DNA from: Pirellulales bacterium
GTDB lineage: Bacteria > Planctomycetota > Planctomycetia > Pirellulales > PALSA-1355
DNA: 64,000 bases
NCBI GenBank assembly: GCA_963733035.1
Contig: CAVTBU010000006.1
Span: forward strand, 1 to 64,000
Reading direction: 5' to 3'
This document shows, one piece after another, positions 60,621 to 64,000 of the stretch. The position numbers and the translations under genes were made by a program. The notes below the pieces were generated by a model. It ran no database searches and was not told where the DNA came from. It worked only from the letters and a program-made list of their open reading frames with translations. Numbering within the stretch: position 1 is the stretch's first letter; each line of letters begins with the position of its first letter.

Positions 60621-63600
60621 CTACCTCTCTCGGCGCAGGATGCGATGAAGCTTCGTCAACCGGCGCGACTCGTCTTCGGGCAATTGCCGGCGAAGTCGTC
60701 TCAACCGCAAACGCGGAGCCGTTAGGGCCGCGCCGGCAATCCCGAGTGGAATCGCCGCCGCGGAACGGTGCTCTTCATTTGTAGGCTCGGTGGGAGCCTC
60801 GGGCTTTGTCGTTACCGCACGCGCGATTTCGCTTGTCGCATCGTCGGCCGTGGGGATTGCCCGGGGTGGGGAATCGAGCTGGGCACCATCTTCGACTGGT
60901 GGGCCATCGACAGGCATCGCCTCCGGATCGAGTTGGATACTCCGCCCTTCATGGACGAGCACATCGACGACGAGCCGCTCAATACCATCCGGCTGAATCT
61001 GATAAATGCGGTAGTGCCCGTCGGGAAGCCTATTGAACAGCGCCCGTAAATTGTTGAGCAGTTCATCTGGTAGCGGTTCGTCGCGCGAACGTTCCTCCAA
61101 GCCGCCTGGAGTGACGACGCGCAACACCAGACGCGGTTCGGCGCCGGCGACTGAGGCAATGCGTGCTCCGCGGAAATCGATTCGCGACAGCGGGCTCGGC
61201 GGCGCGGCGCGAGGATCGATACCTCCCACGGGAACTGGAGGTGGTGGTTGTCCTCCACCTCCTCCACCGGGCGGCAAAAAAAGCGCTTGCGGAGGCGGGC
61301 GTAGCACAAACACAGTCACCTGAAACGTTCCGACGGCCACACCACCGTCATCGTCGGCCAGGCTGACTTTGACCGTGAAGGTTCCCGTGCTGGCGAACAG
61401 GTGTTGGGCGTTGAACGACCCGGACGTGAGGACGCCCGGTGAGCCCGGCGAAGTAATCGTCGCCGGTCCAGCCGTGAGAGGCGTGCCATCCTGCCAACTA
61501 ATCGAGAAGGTGAAGCGCTCGGTCACTTCGCCACCGACGTTGAGCGGGTTGTCGAAACCCGGGTCGCTGAACTTTCCAACACCCGGCAACTGTAGAAGTT
61601 GTCCAAGTGGAACGATTTGATTGGGACCCACGACGAGCGTCGGTGCGACATTATTGACCTGTACGTGCAGCGCCTGGCTGGCGGAGCGGCCATCGGAGGT
61701 CACAATTGTTACGACAACCGTGTACAACCCGTTGTCGGCGTAGGTATGCGCTCCGTTAAAGGAGCCGGTGACAATTCCCTCTTCGCCACCGCCTGGATTA
61801 ACAGTAGCCGGACCTGAATCGACCGGATTGCCATCTCCCCAATTGATGGAATAGGTATAGGAAGCCGCGCCGCCGATGCGAGGATCCGTAAACTGTCCGA
61901 TCTTGTCGACCGATAGCAGTGAGCCTTCGTTCGTGAGTTGGTTCGGCGCGGTGATCAGAATCGGTGCAACGCTACGGACGGTCACCATGAAGGTACCGAC
62001 GGACGAGCCACCGTCGTCGTCATTGACCGTGACGGTCACGGTGTAGTACCCAGCCGCCGCATAGGTGTGCGCGCCGCTGAACGAACCAGCCGTCAGCACG
62101 CCCGGTCCTCCGGGAACATTGATCGGTGCCGGTCCCGAGTTGACAGGCGAACCGTCACCCCAATCAATTGCATAGGTGAAACGTTCGGTGAGCTCCCCGC
62201 CGACATTGAGCGGATTGTCGAAACCGGGGTCGGTGAACTGGCCGATATTGGGCAGCGATAACAAGTCTCCTTCATCGACAACCTGATCGCCGGGCACAAT
62301 GAGCGTAGGCGCTACATTATTGACCGTGACTTCAAAAGTCTGCGATGTGGTGCCGCCATCGTCGTCGCTGATGGTGACGGTTACGGTATAGACGCCGTTG
62401 TCGGCATAAATATGGCTTCCGTCAAAGGAACCTTGGGTTGGCATTCCCGGCTTGCCGAATAGGTCAATCGTCGCGGGGCCCGAGTTGGTTGGGGTGCCGT
62501 CGCCCCAGTTGATTGCGTACGTGAAGGTTTCGCTGACCTCACCGCCGACGTTAAGTGGGTTATTGAAGCCCGGGTCGGTGAACTGGCCGATATTTGGCAC
62601 CGACAGGAGCGACCCTTCATTGACGACTTGATTTGGCGCGACGGCGAGCGTTGGCGCCACATTGTTGACGGTAACGTTGAAGGTCTGTTGCGCCACTCCT
62701 CCGTCATCGTCGCTCACCGTAACCGTGACGGTGTACACGCCGTTATCGGCGTACGTGTGACTGCCGTCGAAGGATCCTTGCGTCGGCACGCCCGGGCTGC
62801 CCGGTACATCGATCGTTGGGGGGCCGGAATTAAGCGGCGTGCCGTCGCCCCAGTTAATGGCGTACGTGAATTTCTCGCTGACTTCACCACCGACATTGAG
62901 CGGGTTGTTGAAGCCCGGATCGGTAAACTGTCCGATATTGGCTACGGCCAACAACGAGCCTTCATTCACGACTTGGTTGGGGGCCACGGTGAGGATCGGC
63001 GCGACATTGTGGACGACGACCGTGAAGGTTTGGGCAGCACTTCCTCCGTCGTCGTCGTTCACCGTTGCGGTGACGGTATAGATGCCATTGTCGGCATAGG
63101 TGTGACTGCCGTCGAAAGATCCTTGCGTCGGTACGCCCGGACTACCCGGCACATCAATGGTCACTGGGCCTGAGTTGACCGGGGTTCCGTCTCCCCAGTC
63201 GATGGCGTAGGTGAATTTCTCGCTGACTTCACCACCGACATTGAGCGGGTTGTCGAAGCCGGGATCCTCGATCTGTCCGATGTTTGTGATCGTCAGCAGC
63301 GAACCTTCATTGACCGACTGGTTTGGCGCGACGGTGAGGGTGGGGGCGACGTTGTTGACGCGCACTGTAAACGTTTGCGCAGCGCTACCACCGTCGTCGT
63401 CGTTGAGAGTGACTGTGACGGTATATACCCCGTTGTCTGCGTAGATGTGGCTCCCATTGAACGATCCCTGCGTGAGCACCCCCGGGCTGCCCGCGACGTC
63501 AATCGTTCCAGGACCAGAACTGACGGCCGTGCCGTCGCCCCAGTCGATCGCGTAGGTAAATTTCTCCGAGACCTCGCCGCCTACGTTAAGCGGGTTGTCA

Positions 63601-64000
63601 AAGCCCGGATCGGTGAAAGTGCCGAGATCGTTGATCGAGAGCAACGTGCCCTCGTTGGTCACTTGATCGGACACGACCGACAACGTCGGAGCTACGTTTT
63701 GTACCGAGACGGAAAACTGACCGCTGGCCGACCCGGCTTGCTCGCTGGTGATCGTAACGGTGACCGTGTAGCTGCCATTGTCGGCATAGACGTGTGCGCC
63801 GTCGAAAGATCCTTGCGTCGGCAAGCCGTCGCCACCATAGAAATCGATCGTGGCCGCACCGGTGACGACCGCCGTGCCGTCGCCCCAATCGATGCTGTAG
63901 GTGTAAACAGTCTCGTCGAACCCCGGATCGGAAAATGTGCCGATATCGGTGATGGCCAGGTTGCCCCCCTCGGCAACGTTCTGATTTCCAACAACCGTCA
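60621..64000 (-). CDS. Large PKD-repeat surface protein (5' part outside the window)
   Basis: Frame open to the window edge. Repeated IDWGDG...HTYADNG.YTVTVT..DDDGG...NVAPTL units; Pro/Gly linker; C-terminal domain and basic tail. Confidence 0.9.
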   Translation of the reverse strand, partial: TVVGNQNVAEGGNLAITDIGTFSDPGFDETVYTYSIDWGDGTAVVTGAATIDFYGGDGLPTQGSFDGAHVYADNGSYTVTVTITSEQAGSASGQFSVSVQNVAPTLSVVSDQVTNEGTLLSINDLGTFTDPGFDNPLNVGGEVSEKFTYAIDWGDGTAVSSGPGTIDVAGSPGVLTQGSFNGSHIYADNGVYTVTVTLNDDDGGSAAQTFTVRVNNVAPTLTVAPNQSVNEGSLLTITNIGQIEDPGFDNPLNVGGEVSEKFTYAIDWGDGTPVNSGPVTIDVPGSPGVPTQGSFDGSHTYADNGIYTVTATVNDDDGGSAAQTFTVVVHNVAPILTVAPNQVVNEGSLLAVANIGQFTDPGFNNPLNVGGEVSEKFTYAINWGDGTPLNSGPPTIDVPGSPGVPTQGSFDGSHTYADNGVYTVTVTVSDDDGGVAQQTFNVTVNNVAPTLAVAPNQVVNEGSLLSVPNIGQFTDPGFNNPLNVGGEVSETFTYAINWGDGTPTNSGPATIDLFGKPGMPTQGSFDGSHIYADNGVYTVTVTISDDDGGTTSQTFEVTVNNVAPTLIVPGDQVVDEGDLLSLPNIGQFTDPGFDNPLNVGGELTERFTYAIDWGDGSPVNSGPAPINVPGGPGVLTAGSFSGAHTYAAAGYYTVTVTVNDDDGGSSVGTFMVTVRSVAPILITAPNQLTNEGSLLSVDKIGQFTDPRIGGAASYTYSINWGDGNPVDSGPATVNPGGGEEGIVTGSFNGAHTYADNGLYTVVVTIVTSDGRSASQALHVQVNNVAPTLVVGPNQIVPLGQLLQLPGVGKFSDPGFDNPLNVGGEVTERFTFSISWQDGTPLTAGPATITSPGSPGVLTSGSFNAQHLFASTGTFTVKVSLADDDGGVAVGTFQVTVFVLRPPPQALFLPPGGGGGGQPPPPVPVGGIDPRAAPPSPLSRIDFRGARIASVAGAEPRLVLRVVTPGGLEERSRDEPLPDELLNNLRALFNRLPDGHYRIYQIQPDGIERLVVDVLVHEGRSIQLDPEAMPVDGPPVEDGAQLDSPPRAIPTADDATSEIARAVTTKPEAPTEPTNEEHRSAAAIPLGIAGAALTAPRLRLRRLRRQLPEDESRRLTKLHRILRRER
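61320..64000. repeat. About 8 PKD units, 345-bp period in the core
   Basis: The anchor motif recurs at 62206, 62551, 62896, 63241 and 63586 (345 bp apart). Confidence 0.9.

Overview
GC-rich bacterial window, most likely a Planctomycete (Pirellulales-like). This is inferred from two DUF1549/DUF1553 + DUF1501 gene pairs, planctomycete cytochrome c domains, an LExRRLL-type extracellular protein and kinase-WD40 proteins. (1) 1-7229: a ~7.2 kb integrase-less islet bounded by a tRNA-Val 3' end and its direct repeat. It carries TrtA-like and BiuH-like cysteine hydrolases, a stand-alone AtzF C-terminal (GGCT-like) domain, a urea transporter, twin cupins and an OprB porin, with a pseudoknot-capable leader resembling guanidine-III riboswitches. 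(2) 7230-8315: tRNA-like relics around a small conserved ORF. (3) 12.6-27.7 kb: a group 1h (high-affinity) [NiFe]-hydrogenase cluster with hypABCDEF, a solitary CbiM/NikM-type permease and a double-SIS GmhA-like gene. (4) 38.9-46.7 kb: a Ser/Thr kinase fused to a tubulin/FtsZ-like domain, next to a degenerate FHA-EAL protein, a degenerate REC-GGDEF-CBS protein and an AAA ATPase. (5) Hydrolases, a GntR operon with a clear promoter and operator, a secreted metalloprotease, a kinase-WD40 receptor and a partial PKD-repeat surface protein. Four apparent single-base frameshifts suggest assembly indel errors. All calls come from reading motifs by eye; no searches were run.
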